Source: Candidatus Micrarchaeota archaeon
GTDB lineage: Archaea > Micrarchaeota > Micrarchaeia > Anstonellales > Bilamarchaeaceae
Direction: 5' to 3'
NCBI GenBank assembly: GCA_038046765.1
Contig: JBBSVN010000010.1
Coordinates: 59,337 to 123,336, forward strand
DNA: 64,000 nt
The notes below the pieces were generated by a model. The model was not told where the DNA came from, did no database searches, and worked only from the letters and a program-made list of their open reading frames with translations. Shown piece by piece: positions 49,270 to 60,400 of the stretch. The translations under genes were made by a program, and so were the position numbers. Each line of letters starts with the position of its first letter. Within the stretch, counting starts at the first letter, position 1.

Positions 49270-49508
49270 TCATCACCCTAAGAATTTTTCTCTCTTTCCC
49301 CGCAGTATCACTGTTTCATAAAGAATAATCTCATTTTTCACTGAAACTGATTTGGATTGCATTTTCTCAACCAAGGATTATAGTTTTTTTAACTGTGTTC
49401 GTTATGAATAATTTCCGTATTAACTTATTTATATGTTTAATCCCATTAAAATGAATTAAATTCAAATTAAAACGCATCTTTTTAAATATTATGATATAAA
49501 TAAACCTT

Positions 49509-49958
49509 ATGTATAAAATAGATGATTCAGATAAATCAATAATCGAGGTTCTAAAATACAATTCAAAACTTTCGACAATTGCAATAGCTAAAAAAACAGG
49601 AATACCACCGGCAACAGTAAATAGAAGAATCAAGAAAATGCTTCAATTTGGCGTAATTAAAAACTTTTCAGTAATTTTAGATTATGAAAAGATTGGTCTA
49701 GCAACTTCTGCTTATATTCTTGTCCGATCCACTCCGGGTGCATATGACTATAATATATCCGAACACGTAAAAAAATACCCAGAAGTAGAAGATATCTCTT
49801 CAATAACTGGTCAATTTGATACGATAATAAAAGCACGCGCAAAAAATATTGATGAACTTAGTAAATTTCTTTTCAATTTTGTTCGTAACGTCAAATGTGT
49901 TTCCCATACTGAAACCCTGATTGTTCTTAAGCCAGAACTACAATCAAAAAATAAGTAA
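49509..49958 (+). CDS. Lrp/AsnC transcriptional regulator
   Basis: IDDSDKSII..L, TVNRRIKKM, ITGQFD, TETLIVL motifs. Confidence 0.93.
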   Translation: MYKIDDSDKSIIEVLKYNSKLSTIAIAKKTGIPPATVNRRIKKMLQFGVIKNFSVILDYEKIGLATSAYILVRSTPGAYDYNISEHVKKYPEVEDISSITGQFDTIIKARAKNIDELSKFLFNFVRNVKCVSHTETLIVLKPELQSKNK

Positions 49959-49979
49959 TTTAATATAATTCTTAGATTA

Positions 49980-50741
49980 TTATCTCAAATGCGCTTTAAA
50001 ATATTCCAAAACTCCTCTTTCCTGAAAATCCCTGTTGCTTTCAAAACCAAGCTCTTTATGTAATTGAAGCAGGTATGGATGGGGCGAAAAATGCGGGACA
50101 GTTATTGCATAACCTTCTAAATCAATGGATGATATCTTGCTCGCTAGTCCGCCATATTTTTCATAAATTCCTTTCAAATACCCGGAATCAGCAACCTGCT
50201 CTTTACTTACAATTCTGTTCTTAACTGACTCATTTACAAATGTAAACTCGACTTTTGTTTTTTCAACCTTATTTGTTATTAAGTTTCTCATTGATTTTTC
50301 TATATTTGCACTTATTACTATTCGTTCACTTTCCAGTTCAAGTTTATACTCATCTTTTTCAAAATGCATCAAAAGAAAAGAACTAAAAAAATCAAGCGCT
50401 TGATCATGAGCAACGTTCTTAGAAAATAAAAATAATCTTTTATCAACAAAAAACATCGATCGCATACTTCCATGTGCAAATGCTCCAGGTTGTTTTTCAT
50501 CATTTATTGCTAAACTTTGAAAATAGTTATGCGGTACAGAATAAGCAGCACGCGCTTCAAACATCGGATGATTTAATTTTACTGGCCACTTAACTGATGA
50601 ATAAATCGAATGCGTTAAAGTTTTCAAATCAGTAGCTAATTTCTTGGAATTTTCAAGACGTAGTAAATCGTCAGCATGCATTTTATCAATAAATGTAGTA
50701 TAATTTTTGTTATCCTTGATTTTAGTGCATAGGTTACACAT
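49980..50741 (-). CDS. hypothetical protein
   Basis: 253-aa ORF with N-terminal CxxC and conserved-looking AHGSMR and PHFSPHP segments. Confidence 0.75.
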   Translation of the reverse strand: MCNLCTKIKDNKNYTTFIDKMHADDLLRLENSKKLATDLKTLTHSIYSSVKWPVKLNHPMFEARAAYSVPHNYFQSLAINDEKQPGAFAHGSMRSMFFVDKRLFLFSKNVAHDQALDFFSSFLLMHFEKDEYKLELESERIVISANIEKSMRNLITNKVEKTKVEFTFVNESVKNRIVSKEQVADSGYLKGIYEKYGGLASKISSIDLEGYAITVPHFSPHPYLLQLHKELGFESNRDFQERGVLEYFKAHLR

Positions 50742-50820
50742 AGTATCGACTCATTAATAAAAAGTAAAACGCAGATTCTAATTATAAATTAGTATGAAAA
50801 ATAGAAAAAAAAGAAAAAGT

Positions 50821-51465
50821 TTATTCAGTTTCAACTATAACTACTTCTTTTATTTCGGGTATTAATTCCTTAAGTAAATTTTCAATATATAATTTCTTTT
50901 CAGCAAATTTATCTACTTTCTTTGATAAAGTAAGTGTTGCTTTACCTTCTACTAATTCTGCTTTTCCAACTAGTAATAAGTCTTCAAGAAGTGCATTGAT
51001 TTTTGCCATAGGTTCAGTTATTGTATCGAGTAATTTTATTTTATACTTTACGCTTCGATCACATAGTGGGTGATTAAAATCGATTAGTACTCGTCCACCG
51101 CTAACTGATTTAATTAAACCGTTCATTGTTCCAAAATCAGTGTCCATACTGATCATTAAACCAACTTGTGGCATTATTTCGCTTTTATAGAAATCTTTTT
51201 GGTGCATTATTCGAACCATTTCATTGCTCCTAGTTCCAAATGCCTTATCTGATGAGAGTGTTAATTCCCTTTCCTCTCCTTTATTCATTTTGTCTAGTTC
51301 TTCTTCTAGACCTGCTAATAATCTATCTTTTTTAAATACAATAAGCATCGGTCCTTCTTTCTGGTGCATTGCTTTAGCTACTTCGCCAGATGTCGAATCA
51401 AATACTTGACCTTTATCGTCATAGCCAGTATATTCTATTTTAATGAAATCTCCTTCTTTTATCAT
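50821..51465 (-). CDS. slyD: FKBP-type peptidyl-prolyl isomerase (long SlyD type)
   Basis: IEYTG..VFDST, AFG.R, GRV.IDFNHPL motifs. Confidence 0.92.
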   Translation of the reverse strand: MIKEGDFIKIEYTGYDDKGQVFDSTSGEVAKAMHQKEGPMLIVFKKDRLLAGLEEELDKMNKGEERELTLSSDKAFGTRSNEMVRIMHQKDFYKSEIMPQVGLMISMDTDFGTMNGLIKSVSGGRVLIDFNHPLCDRSVKYKIKLLDTITEPMAKINALLEDLLLVGKAELVEGKATLTLSKKVDKFAEKKLYIENLLKELIPEIKEVVIVETE

Positions 51466-51584
51466 GGGATTACCTCGTTTAGTATAAACCTTGTTCTAAT
51501 GTTATTTTATTTCTTGGATTTTAATTAGAATTAAAAATTTGTGTGGTAGACTTTAAATATATTACCTAACAAAGGTTTTTATCT

Positions 51585-52700
51585 GTGATTTTGATGAATA
51601 AAAATACTTTTAAGATAATTTTCTCTATTTTGACCCTTTTAGCGTTTGTCGGTTCGACCTATTATATATATGTAGGCGGTTTTGGTAATTCCAATACACA
51701 ACCTCAAAATGCCCCTGTAAACGGTATTACTGATTTTAACGCAACTTTAAAACTTTACGAGTCGTTCATAAAAATCCCAGGTTTAAACGAATCTTTTGTA
51801 GATAAAATTTCACAAAACCCCGAAGTTGAAGATGTATTTAGCGATAAAGATGGCTATATTATATCTGTTAAAGACCGAGATAAAGTTCCGTCTGTTTATA
51901 AATTTCTAAATACTTTAGGCTTAAGAGGCCAATCGCAGGCAACGTTGCAAGCTCCAGATACGATTTATCTTAACACTGCTGATGGAATCGTTCCAGTCCA
52001 ATCAAACGGGCTTTTAATAAAATATTATGTTGAACCCATATTTGATGTTGGAGCTAACATTTCACTTAGAATGGTCGCAATTGCGCAAGATGGTGTTCTT
52101 GTTCAATATAATAATCCAACAATTGGTGTTACTTCATTTGAAAAGTCTTATAATGCAACAATTGATAAGTTGAATCTAGTTAGCGCAAGCTACTATGTTC
52201 CATGGGAAGAGCGAGTTCAATTCGATCCTTTAAAACTAAACATAAATGAGAATGTTACTTTTAATTATACTAAAAAGAACTTCGTATTATTTAACAAGAG
52301 TTTAACTCTTGAACAGATGAAATCAATTAAATCATTTGCTTATGTTACTTTTATAAGCGATAAAATAGTTTACTTAAATACTAGCTTCTCTGACAAAACT
52401 ACTTTGCTTAGTGATCTTAATCTGGTTAATGTAAGTGCTGATCAAGTAACGCTTCCAGATTCGATTTTAAGTTTCCAATTAACTAAAGATGTTTCCTCGA
52501 TCAATAACCTTGGATTAAACTTTAGTAATTCTTTATTCTATAACTATAAAATCAACATCAGTGAACTTGAAAATCTAACCGACTACATCCCGAGCGTAGT
52601 TTTGAATAAATCATACGATGTTGGACAATTAATTCCCGTATCTGTTAGCGGGTCAGAAGTTGGTGGAAGATTGATTGTTGATAAAGTAAGTGTTAAATAA
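51585..52700 (+). CDS. N-terminally membrane-anchored hypothetical protein
   Basis: Single N-terminal TM helix, beta-rich body. Confidence 0.75.
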   Translation: MILMNKNTFKIIFSILTLLAFVGSTYYIYVGGFGNSNTQPQNAPVNGITDFNATLKLYESFIKIPGLNESFVDKISQNPEVEDVFSDKDGYIISVKDRDKVPSVYKFLNTLGLRGQSQATLQAPDTIYLNTADGIVPVQSNGLLIKYYVEPIFDVGANISLRMVAIAQDGVLVQYNNPTIGVTSFEKSYNATIDKLNLVSASYYVPWEERVQFDPLKLNINENVTFNYTKKNFVLFNKSLTLEQMKSIKSFAYVTFISDKIVYLNTSFSDKTTLLSDLNLVNVSADQVTLPDSILSFQLTKDVSSINNLGLNFSNSLFYNYKINISELENLTDYIPSVVLNKSYDVGQLIPVSVSGSEVGGRLIVDKVSVK

Positions 52701-52713
52701 CTGTTTCTAAGTT

Positions 52714-52852
52714 AAATTGCAGTTTCAGACGTTTTTTATAACAACTAAATGTATAAATTACACAATATTTGCCTGTTTTTTTGTAGACTTTTTACAGTTA
52801 TTTATATATAAGATGATATTTTTCCCACTTTTTGTTAGAAAAGATATAAATA
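52714..52852 (+). repeat. ~135-bp upstream regulatory block, copy B
   Basis: Inverted copy of 24653-24790, ending in GAAAAG-ATATAAATA (BRE/TATA). Confidence 0.85.
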
Positions 52853-52915
52853 GATGCTAGAAGAAATTAAATAATAACAAATAGCTAGCAATAAGAATTT
52901 TTTTGTAGGGAGAAA

Positions 52916-54139
52916 ATGGAATTAGAAACAAAAATTGGAATCTGTTCAGCTTCAGTTCTGTTAGCTTCTGCGGTTTATGGGCATCAGAGGTTCGCTTATT
53001 CTAGATATTCTCCAGCATACGATGTGTTACCTGGTATATCTATTTACGGTGCTAAAACTAGAGATTATTTATCTTTTAGTGCTACCCGTAATACAGATGG
53101 AACTATTAAAAAGTCTGTTATATTGGACCGTTCTGATGAAGACAACACTATCTCTGCAATATACGCTTCAGGAAAATTAATCGATGTACTGGATTTTTCC
53201 ATAACCAATGAAAAACCAGTGCAAATAGTTCGGCTGCCTTTCAATAGCTTTATTCTCAAAGGAATTCCTTCTTATGATCCTGTTAAAAATATTATAAAAA
53301 GTTACCTTGGCTTAAAAGAAATATTTTTTGATCCAAGTTTAACTGAATTTAATTGTGTTTTATCTGAAAAACTAGTTACTCCTGGTATATGCGTAGAACC
53401 AAAAGAGCCAAAACAAACAAAAAAGCAAAAGAAAAAGAATAACCCTTCAAAACCAGTTGTTAATTCGATTACTATTAATATAAAAATTGCATGTGAACTT
53501 ATTAAACAAATAGATGTGTTGTTACAAACAACTTCACCTCCAGATAAATGTAAATTATTAGATTTGAAAACTGAATTAACTAAAAATACTGATTTTTCTG
53601 ACAGACATAAAATATATACAACTGAAAAGCAACTTGAACTTACAATTTTTAATTCTCAGATTTTAATAGAAGATGTTAAATTGAGTAAAAGTTCGGTTCG
53701 TTCTGATGAAAATAAATTTTGGAAAGGTTGGGATTGGGTATTCGGATTTGGAATTTTATTCTACTGCGGAACAATTCTGGCAGGAAACAAAATCTTATCT
53801 GCTTCAATAAAAGCATTTTCTATTTCAATATCTAAAATTAAAGAGGTGAAATCTAATATGAAAGACAAAATAAGTAGGGAAAAGGAAAGAGTACGGGAAG
53901 AACTCAAGAAGCAATACGTAGAAGATGTTGATAAATTTTATCAGAGACTTAAGGGGGTAACAAAGTTGGAAGATTGTGGGGGGGTCTTACATGACTTTCT
54001 TAATATAAGGGACAAATTAAAGAGTAAAGATGAAATTTTATTTGATCAAATGCGTGATGTTGATAATCGTTTTTTTGTTGCTTTTGATAGTAAAGTAGAA
54101 CATTTAGGGGGGCGTAAAGCACCGATTCATATTGGATGA
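52916..54139 (+). CDS. hypothetical membrane protein
   Basis: N-terminal hydrophobic segment, internal TM (WDWVFGFGILFY), coiled-coil tail. Confidence 0.7.
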   Translation: MELETKIGICSASVLLASAVYGHQRFAYSRYSPAYDVLPGISIYGAKTRDYLSFSATRNTDGTIKKSVILDRSDEDNTISAIYASGKLIDVLDFSITNEKPVQIVRLPFNSFILKGIPSYDPVKNIIKSYLGLKEIFFDPSLTEFNCVLSEKLVTPGICVEPKEPKQTKKQKKKNNPSKPVVNSITINIKIACELIKQIDVLLQTTSPPDKCKLLDLKTELTKNTDFSDRHKIYTTEKQLELTIFNSQILIEDVKLSKSSVRSDENKFWKGWDWVFGFGILFYCGTILAGNKILSASIKAFSISISKIKEVKSNMKDKISREKERVREELKKQYVEDVDKFYQRLKGVTKLEDCGGVLHDFLNIRDKLKSKDEILFDQMRDVDNRFFVAFDSKVEHLGGRKAPIHIG

Positions 54140-55056
54140 TTTTTATGTCTGAAACTATTATATTCCAAAGACCTGTTGTATTTGTTCCTGCAAGACATCT
54201 ACCAAGGATTCTTGAACGAGCAAAAGATACTATAGAAAAAATAAAAGAAATATTTAATTCAAAATATTCAGTAGAAGAAAAAATCCATTCAATTGTAGTA
54301 CAAACATTTGATTTCCTCAATTCTTATCTTGGAAAAAATTATTCACAAGGAAAATCACCATTACAGATTATCGTTGCGAAGACTACTAAAGAATGGGCAG
54401 AAGCTTGTGCTGAAGGGTATAATTTTCCACTTAAAGATTCTAGTTCAAGAAAAGACTTTATTCGAAGATTAATAGGCGAGCCTAAAAAAGCAACATACGA
54501 CAAAAATTTCTCAAAATTAATTATTAATCTGGAAGTAATACAAAAAGAACATGGAAAAGGAACTAAAGCAGAAGAAGCATGCATAATTGCTACTACGATT
54601 CACGAATCATTGCACCACTTATGTGGTTTTGATAGAGAGATTACAATAAAACCAGATGGAGAAAAATTTAACATTTTATGGTTAATTGACGGAATCAACG
54701 AACTTTTACTAAGAGATATTATGGATAGCTGTTATCCAAAGGAATCTGAATCATTAAAATGTTCATCTTATTCACAAGAATTTTCATTAGTAACAAAATT
54801 AGAATATATTTTAGGTCATGATACACTTATTACATCTTATTTTGAAGGCAATCTGCTTTCAGTTAAACTAAAACTTAAGGATCTTGGCTTAAATGAAGAA
54901 GAAATAAATGAAATGTTCAAGTTAGGTCATGAACTTGTCGAAGGCTCTGATAAAGAAAAAAATCAAGCTTATAAAAAACTAGGTTCTGTACTCGACAAAG
55001 CTTTAGAAAAAGAAAAAAGAAGGAGAAAAAAGAGAGAAGGGTTGGGTAAAAAATAA
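54136..55056 (+). CDS. zincin-like metallopeptidase
   Basis: HESLH (HExxH) plus downstream DGINE and SY..E. Confidence 0.7.
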   Translation: MIFMSETIIFQRPVVFVPARHLPRILERAKDTIEKIKEIFNSKYSVEEKIHSIVVQTFDFLNSYLGKNYSQGKSPLQIIVAKTTKEWAEACAEGYNFPLKDSSSRKDFIRRLIGEPKKATYDKNFSKLIINLEVIQKEHGKGTKAEEACIIATTIHESLHHLCGFDREITIKPDGEKFNILWLIDGINELLLRDIMDSCYPKESESLKCSSYSQEFSLVTKLEYILGHDTLITSYFEGNLLSVKLKLKDLGLNEEEINEMFKLGHELVEGSDKEKNQAYKKLGSVLDKALEKEKRRRKKREGLGKK

Positions 55057-55111
55057 AAAAAACACAGATGAATTATTTAGTATATCAAAACAAGTTTATG
55101 CTCCAGCAACA

Positions 55112-55603
55112 ATGTTTTCAATAGCAAGTTATTTAGACTCCGTCTACAAAACCAATCTAGCCTCAGAATTATCTCCAGAAGTACAACAAACAAAAATCGT
55201 CAAAGCTAACCTTGATGCCCAATTCGAATTTAAACGAGACAAAATTGATACAATCATCGCAGACATTGTAAATCGTCTAACTTCTCCTAAAGAATACGTT
55301 GCAGAAGTAAAATCAAAAGCAGAATTTTCAAGACAAGAATATATAAAAGAAAAATCAAAAGAAAAAACAGAAGAACAAGATAATCCACTTAGTACATATT
55401 CTCCAAAAGAAATTGCAACTGCAACAGAAAATAAAGAACAAGTAATTGAACGAGCAGCATTAATGGTCGCAGCAACAAATCCTCAATTAGCCGCAGAAAT
55501 GCTAAGAACTCATAGTATGCCAAAAGGACTTAAAGAATCTGAATTAAGAGAAATCTTACCTCATGCTATTGCTGCAACGATTGAAGATAGAAAGTTTGCC
55601 TAA
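55112..55603 (+). CDS. hypothetical protein
   Basis: 163-aa ORF with a TATA-like box upstream. Confidence 0.65.
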   Translation: MFSIASYLDSVYKTNLASELSPEVQQTKIVKANLDAQFEFKRDKIDTIIADIVNRLTSPKEYVAEVKSKAEFSRQEYIKEKSKEKTEEQDNPLSTYSPKEIATATENKEQVIERAALMVAATNPQLAAEMLRTHSMPKGLKESELREILPHAIAATIEDRKFA

Positions 55604-55751
55604 CTTATTTTATCATAAATATTGTATCTTAAAAATTTCTTATTTTTTTGTAAATTTATACAAAAATCCTCCTGCTTCTTGTTTACTTTAACAGTTTTTA
55701 TTAGTAAACATATAAATAGTGCACAAATGTTTAATCTACTAAAAAATATCT

Positions 55752-56861
55752 GTGCTTAATATATATAATAAGCTTGTGATCAAAATGAAACTTATATTTA
55801 TGTTATTGATTTTGGTAGCTATATCATTTTCGACATTTTATCCATTAGATGAAAGTGATATCAAATCGGGCTGTCTATATTATGCCAAATTAAATCAAAA
55901 CTATATTATCGGAGATTCGGAAACAAGAGATTTTTTTTATAATTTTGATTTTTATATTCCCTTAACACAGTCTATCTCAAACAATCTTTTAATTTACGTA
56001 CAAAGAAAAGGCGGGTTTATCTCTTCTTCTTATCCATATAATTCTCCAGCAGATGTTCTTATAAAAATAAATAATATCCGAGCTAATAATCTAGTTTCAG
56101 CCAAGGACTCTAATAATTATAATTTCTTATTAATATCCCCTAACCAACCTCTTTTATCTGGAGTTAACAGTATCTCTATTCAAAATACTGCTGATTATTC
56201 TAAATCTGGTCTTTGGCGTTCTGATTCGTGCGAGGATAATTATAAAGATGGAATTTGTAATTTCAAAGTTTGTGGGTTCTATCCAAAATTAGACTTTATT
56301 GCATCTACCTATCCTGATTCCATATCTAAAAATCAAAACTTTTCAATCAATATAAGTATAATTAATAATGACGAAGTTAATGCAGGAAATGTTAAAATTG
56401 AATTAGTAGAAAGTGACTTTTCAGTGACCCCTTCGTCTATCACACAAATAATCAATTCAAATAAAGATGAACCATTTAATTCATTTAAATACACTTTGGC
56501 TTTTACTCCTAAGGTTTATATCGATATTGAAACAACTCGTGAAGCTGCTCCTAAGAGAATCGGAAAAATACGAGCTACCTTTACAGATGCAAATGGTAAA
56601 ACTAGAATTTCTGAAAAGAATCTTGGCTCCATAATCGTTAATATGGTGGCTTTAGCTTCAAAGGATGTTATACCTTCACAAAACTTAACCTCGAGTGATT
56701 TTAACTCTTCAAAAAATGATTTAAATCAAAACAAAACCTCAGAAATACCCAAAATTGAAAAAGATTCTTCTCCATCTGCATTTTTAGTTCCGTTACTTGG
56801 TGTTGTTATAGTCATATTAGTTGCAATATGTGCTTTTCTTTTATATAAGAAAAAACAATAA
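55752..56861 (+). CDS. secreted Ig-like (CARDB-type) surface protein with C-terminal anchor
   Basis: Signal peptide (likely start MKLIF at ~55785), N..A.NV.I pattern, C-terminal TM + KKK. Confidence 0.7.
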   Translation: MLNIYNKLVIKMKLIFMLLILVAISFSTFYPLDESDIKSGCLYYAKLNQNYIIGDSETRDFFYNFDFYIPLTQSISNNLLIYVQRKGGFISSSYPYNSPADVLIKINNIRANNLVSAKDSNNYNFLLISPNQPLLSGVNSISIQNTADYSKSGLWRSDSCEDNYKDGICNFKVCGFYPKLDFIASTYPDSISKNQNFSINISIINNDEVNAGNVKIELVESDFSVTPSSITQIINSNKDEPFNSFKYTLAFTPKVYIDIETTREAAPKRIGKIRATFTDANGKTRISEKNLGSIIVNMVALASKDVIPSQNLTSSDFNSSKNDLNQNKTSEIPKIEKDSSPSAFLVPLLGVVIVILVAICAFLLYKKKQ

Positions 56862-57404
56862 TTACAAGTCATACTTATTCTTTTGTTTTATTATCTTCTC
56901 TACACTTTCAGGAACAAACCTTTCCCAGTTTCCATTACTTAAAATTAGTTTCCTTATCTCTTCTCCAGCATGAACTTCTCTATCAAATATTCTTGTAGCT
57001 TGTACAATAAAACCTTCTTTTAAAAATAATTCTCGAACGAGTTCGTTATTTGAATAAACAACATAATCGTTTGAACGATTATGGCTCGAGATCGGTACTC
57101 CTGATCTAGGGATGTCGAACTTAGGTGTGTGCTTTAGTACGTGTTCTACCCATTTATGATTATCCTTAATATCATTAATCTGAATTATTACTAGTCGTGC
57201 AAGGTCGGATTTTGAAAAACAGCTTTTTATCATTTCCAATCGAACTGCGGCAGAAAAAGGATTTTCCGCGGTGTTTTCTTCCTGTGCACTTCCTATTACG
57301 ACAACTACTTCTTTGTGATTTTCAAGTAAAGTTTTTATAACATTTAAGTGTCCATTATGAAAAGGTTGAAAACGACCGATAAATAACGCGCGGTTGTTTT
57401 GCAT
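56862..57404 (-). CDS. nadM: nicotinamide-nucleotide adenylyltransferase
   Basis: GRFQPFHNGH, IGSAQ...NPF, W...VP motifs; carries a 17-aa insertion. Confidence 0.93.
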   Translation of the reverse strand: MQNNRALFIGRFQPFHNGHLNVIKTLLENHKEVVVVIGSAQEENTAENPFSAAVRLEMIKSCFSKSDLARLVIIQINDIKDNHKWVEHVLKHTPKFDIPRSGVPISSHNRSNDYVVYSNNELVRELFLKEGFIVQATRIFDREVHAGEEIRKLILSNGNWERFVPESVEKIIKQKNKYDL

Positions 57405-57416
57405 TTGTAAAACATC

Positions 57417-60400
57417 TTATTTATTTTCTACTGGTGGTTCAGTAGCAACTAAATCCTGTGCCTGTTCGATTTTTACACCAACGAGTTTAGACACACCATT
57501 AACTTTTGTAACTCCAAGTATCGCCTCGGCACTGCTCATTACCATGTCATTATGCGATACAACTAAGAATTGTGTGTCCTTTGACATCTGTGCAATTAAT
57601 CTAGCTAGGGTTTGGCTATTTTCTTTATCTAAGGCAGCATCAACTTCATCTAATATGTAAAATGGCGATGGCTTAAAGAACTGCAAAGCAAATATAAAAA
57701 CTAAAGCAACGATCGTACTTTCCCCTCCAGACAATGAATCTAGTACGTGTTCAATTCCCCTGCGTTTTAATTTTATTTGTAAGCCGCTATCAAATGGTTC
57801 GTTTGGTTTATCCAAATACAAATATCCTTCACCTATATTTAGGCTACTAAACATTCTTTTTAGATTATCATTTACTGCATGGAAGGTTTCAAAGAAAGCG
57901 TCTTTTTTGTGTTCTTCTATTTCGCTTATCATAGTCATTATCGCTTCGCGTTCCTGGTTTAATGTTCCTATTCTTTCCTGCGCATCTTTAATCTCGTCTT
58001 TTTTCTTTCCAAACAAATCGATTGCAGCTAGGTTTACGTTTCCTAAACTGCTTAATATTTCTTCAGCTTCTTTTATCATTTTTGCGAGTTCTTCCTTGGA
58101 TAGTTCAAGAAGTATATATTCCTTATAACTAGTCAGTTCTGATTTCAAATCTGCAAGTCTTGTTTCTAAAGTTGCTTTTTTAATCGAAATTTCGTTATTC
58201 TCTTTTGAAAATTTGTCTAATTCTATTCTTTTTTCAGCCCGTATTTTTCCATATTTTTGCAATTCTGCTTCATATTCTTTTAAAACTGCAAAAAGTTTTT
58301 CAATTTCCTTACTGTACTTTGATATTTGCTGCTCGGTTTTTAGAAGTTCCTCTGAATCATTAAGAATAGTTCTTTTAAGTTCAGTTATATTCGCATTTAT
58401 TTCTTTTTTCTCTTTTTCTAATTGCAACACGCGGGCGCTTTTAGCATGATGTTCTTCTTTTCTTATTTCAAGCTCTTTCTTTTTACCTTCAATAGTAGCC
58501 TCAAGTGAAGAAATGCGTGATGCTAATTCAAGTCGTTTATTTTGTGTCTCACCTTGTGTATGCTTTATGTTAAGCTCAATTTCAGTAAGTTTTTGCTTTT
58601 TAGCTTGTATTTCTTTTTCTAGTGTAGCTACTTTCTTTTGATCGCTTTGCTTAAGTAATTCGTTGTTTTTCATCTCATCTTTAAGTTTCTCTATTTCTGT
58701 TGCTATTTCAGCCTTTTTCTTAATTTCATGCTCGAGTTTTTGAGATTGTTCTTTATCAATATTAAGTTCAAGTTCGATTGTTTTAATTCTTATTTCTGTT
58801 TCTGTTTTTCTTGATCGAAGCGAAGACTCACGCTCGCGCATTTCATATATGCTTCTTATTATTCCTTCTTTTGACTCTTTTATGTCTTTTATCTGGTCAT
58901 CAAGTTTTTTTAGTTGGGACGCAATAAGTACGCTGCTTTCATTCCTACCCCCTGAAACAACACCGCTTTGCTCGACTATTTCGCCTTCGAGGGTTACTAT
59001 TCTCGCGCTTCCAACCCCTAAACGTTTAGCTTCCGCCATATTATCTACTAAAAGCGTATCTCCAAAACAGAATTCGATCGCCTTTCTTATCTCTTCAGGG
59101 TATTTTATGAATTTTACTAAAGATGGCGCGGCTTTATTTTCAACTGCCGGCCTGGTTTTTACTTCGCGCAGTGGGATAAATGTTGCTCTACCTAGTCTTT
59201 GTTCTTTTAATCGTTTTATAATTTCAGTTGCTACATCGATGTCTTGCGTTATCGTATAAAGGAGTCGTCCTCCTCCAGCTGCCTCAATTGCCTGAGCGTA
59301 CTTTGGCTCAAACGTAATTAGTTCGGCAATGTTTCCATAAATCCCATAAACTTCGTTTTTGTCTTTTAATGTTTTTATATAATTTAATGCTGGATTCGAT
59401 GATGCTGGGCTAGCCCGTATTCTAAGTAACGATGCCTTTTCTTTTAGTTCGAGCATTTCCCGATCTATTTCGCTTATTTCTACATTAGCACTTTTTACTT
59501 CCTTAAAGCAGTCTTCAAGCTCCTTAGTAATATCTTTAGTTATTCCTCTTAAGGAGTCAAGTTCGTGATTTAGTTTGTCGTTCTTTTCTACTTCATCAAG
59601 TTTTCCACCAAGAGCTTGCATCTGGCTGGTTTTTGTTTCTATAATCGATTCGTTTGATTTTGCTTCTGCAATAAATCTGATGATATTTTCTTTAACTGTT
59701 ACTAATTCTTTTTCAACTTTGTCTATTTCTTTTTTCATTTCTTCTACTAAAACAGCTTCTTTTGTGTCTACAAATTGCTTCTTTTCTGTTTCTGCTGTTT
59801 TTAGGTTTTCTCTTATTTCCAGTAATTGTTTATCGATTTTTTCTATCTCTAAAAAATCATCTTTTGTTTGAGTTTCTAAGGATAGAGCTTCTTCGCTTAT
59901 TCGCTTTAGGAATGTTTCTTTATCAGTTATCATTTGCGTTTTAGAACTAGTTGAAGATTTTAGCTCTTCTAATTTTTTTATTAGTGCGTTTGTCTGTTGT
60001 CTAAGGGATAATTCTTTACTGGTTTCTGACCTATTTTTTTCAATATCAAGAATTTTCTCGTCAGTTTCTTTTACATCATTTTCCTTTAATGTAATTGCGT
60101 CCCGTAATTTCTGGTCTTTAACTAATACATCTTCTAATTCAGTTTCCATTCTTTTTGTTTCATGAGTAATTAATGATGCTCTGCTGTTTGTTAATTTCTT
60201 TTTATTTTCTAAGTATGAAATAGCTGCGTCTCTTTCTTTTCCTAGTTCATTAAGAAATGCTTCACGTTCTCCTAAAACTAAACTCGCTTCGCGTATTCTT
60301 GTGTCAACAGTGTCAAGTTCTTTCATTGATTCGTTCTTTTTATCGTCAAAATCGCTTATTCCTGCTACGCTTTCGATTATTCCTCTTCTTTCTTTTGCGT

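Noticed and set aside
57112..57121. ATGTCGAACT shared between the nadM insertion edge and the 62532 hairpin
   Set aside because: Only 10 bp, mostly nadM coding sequence (KFD); the rest of the two elements is unrelated.
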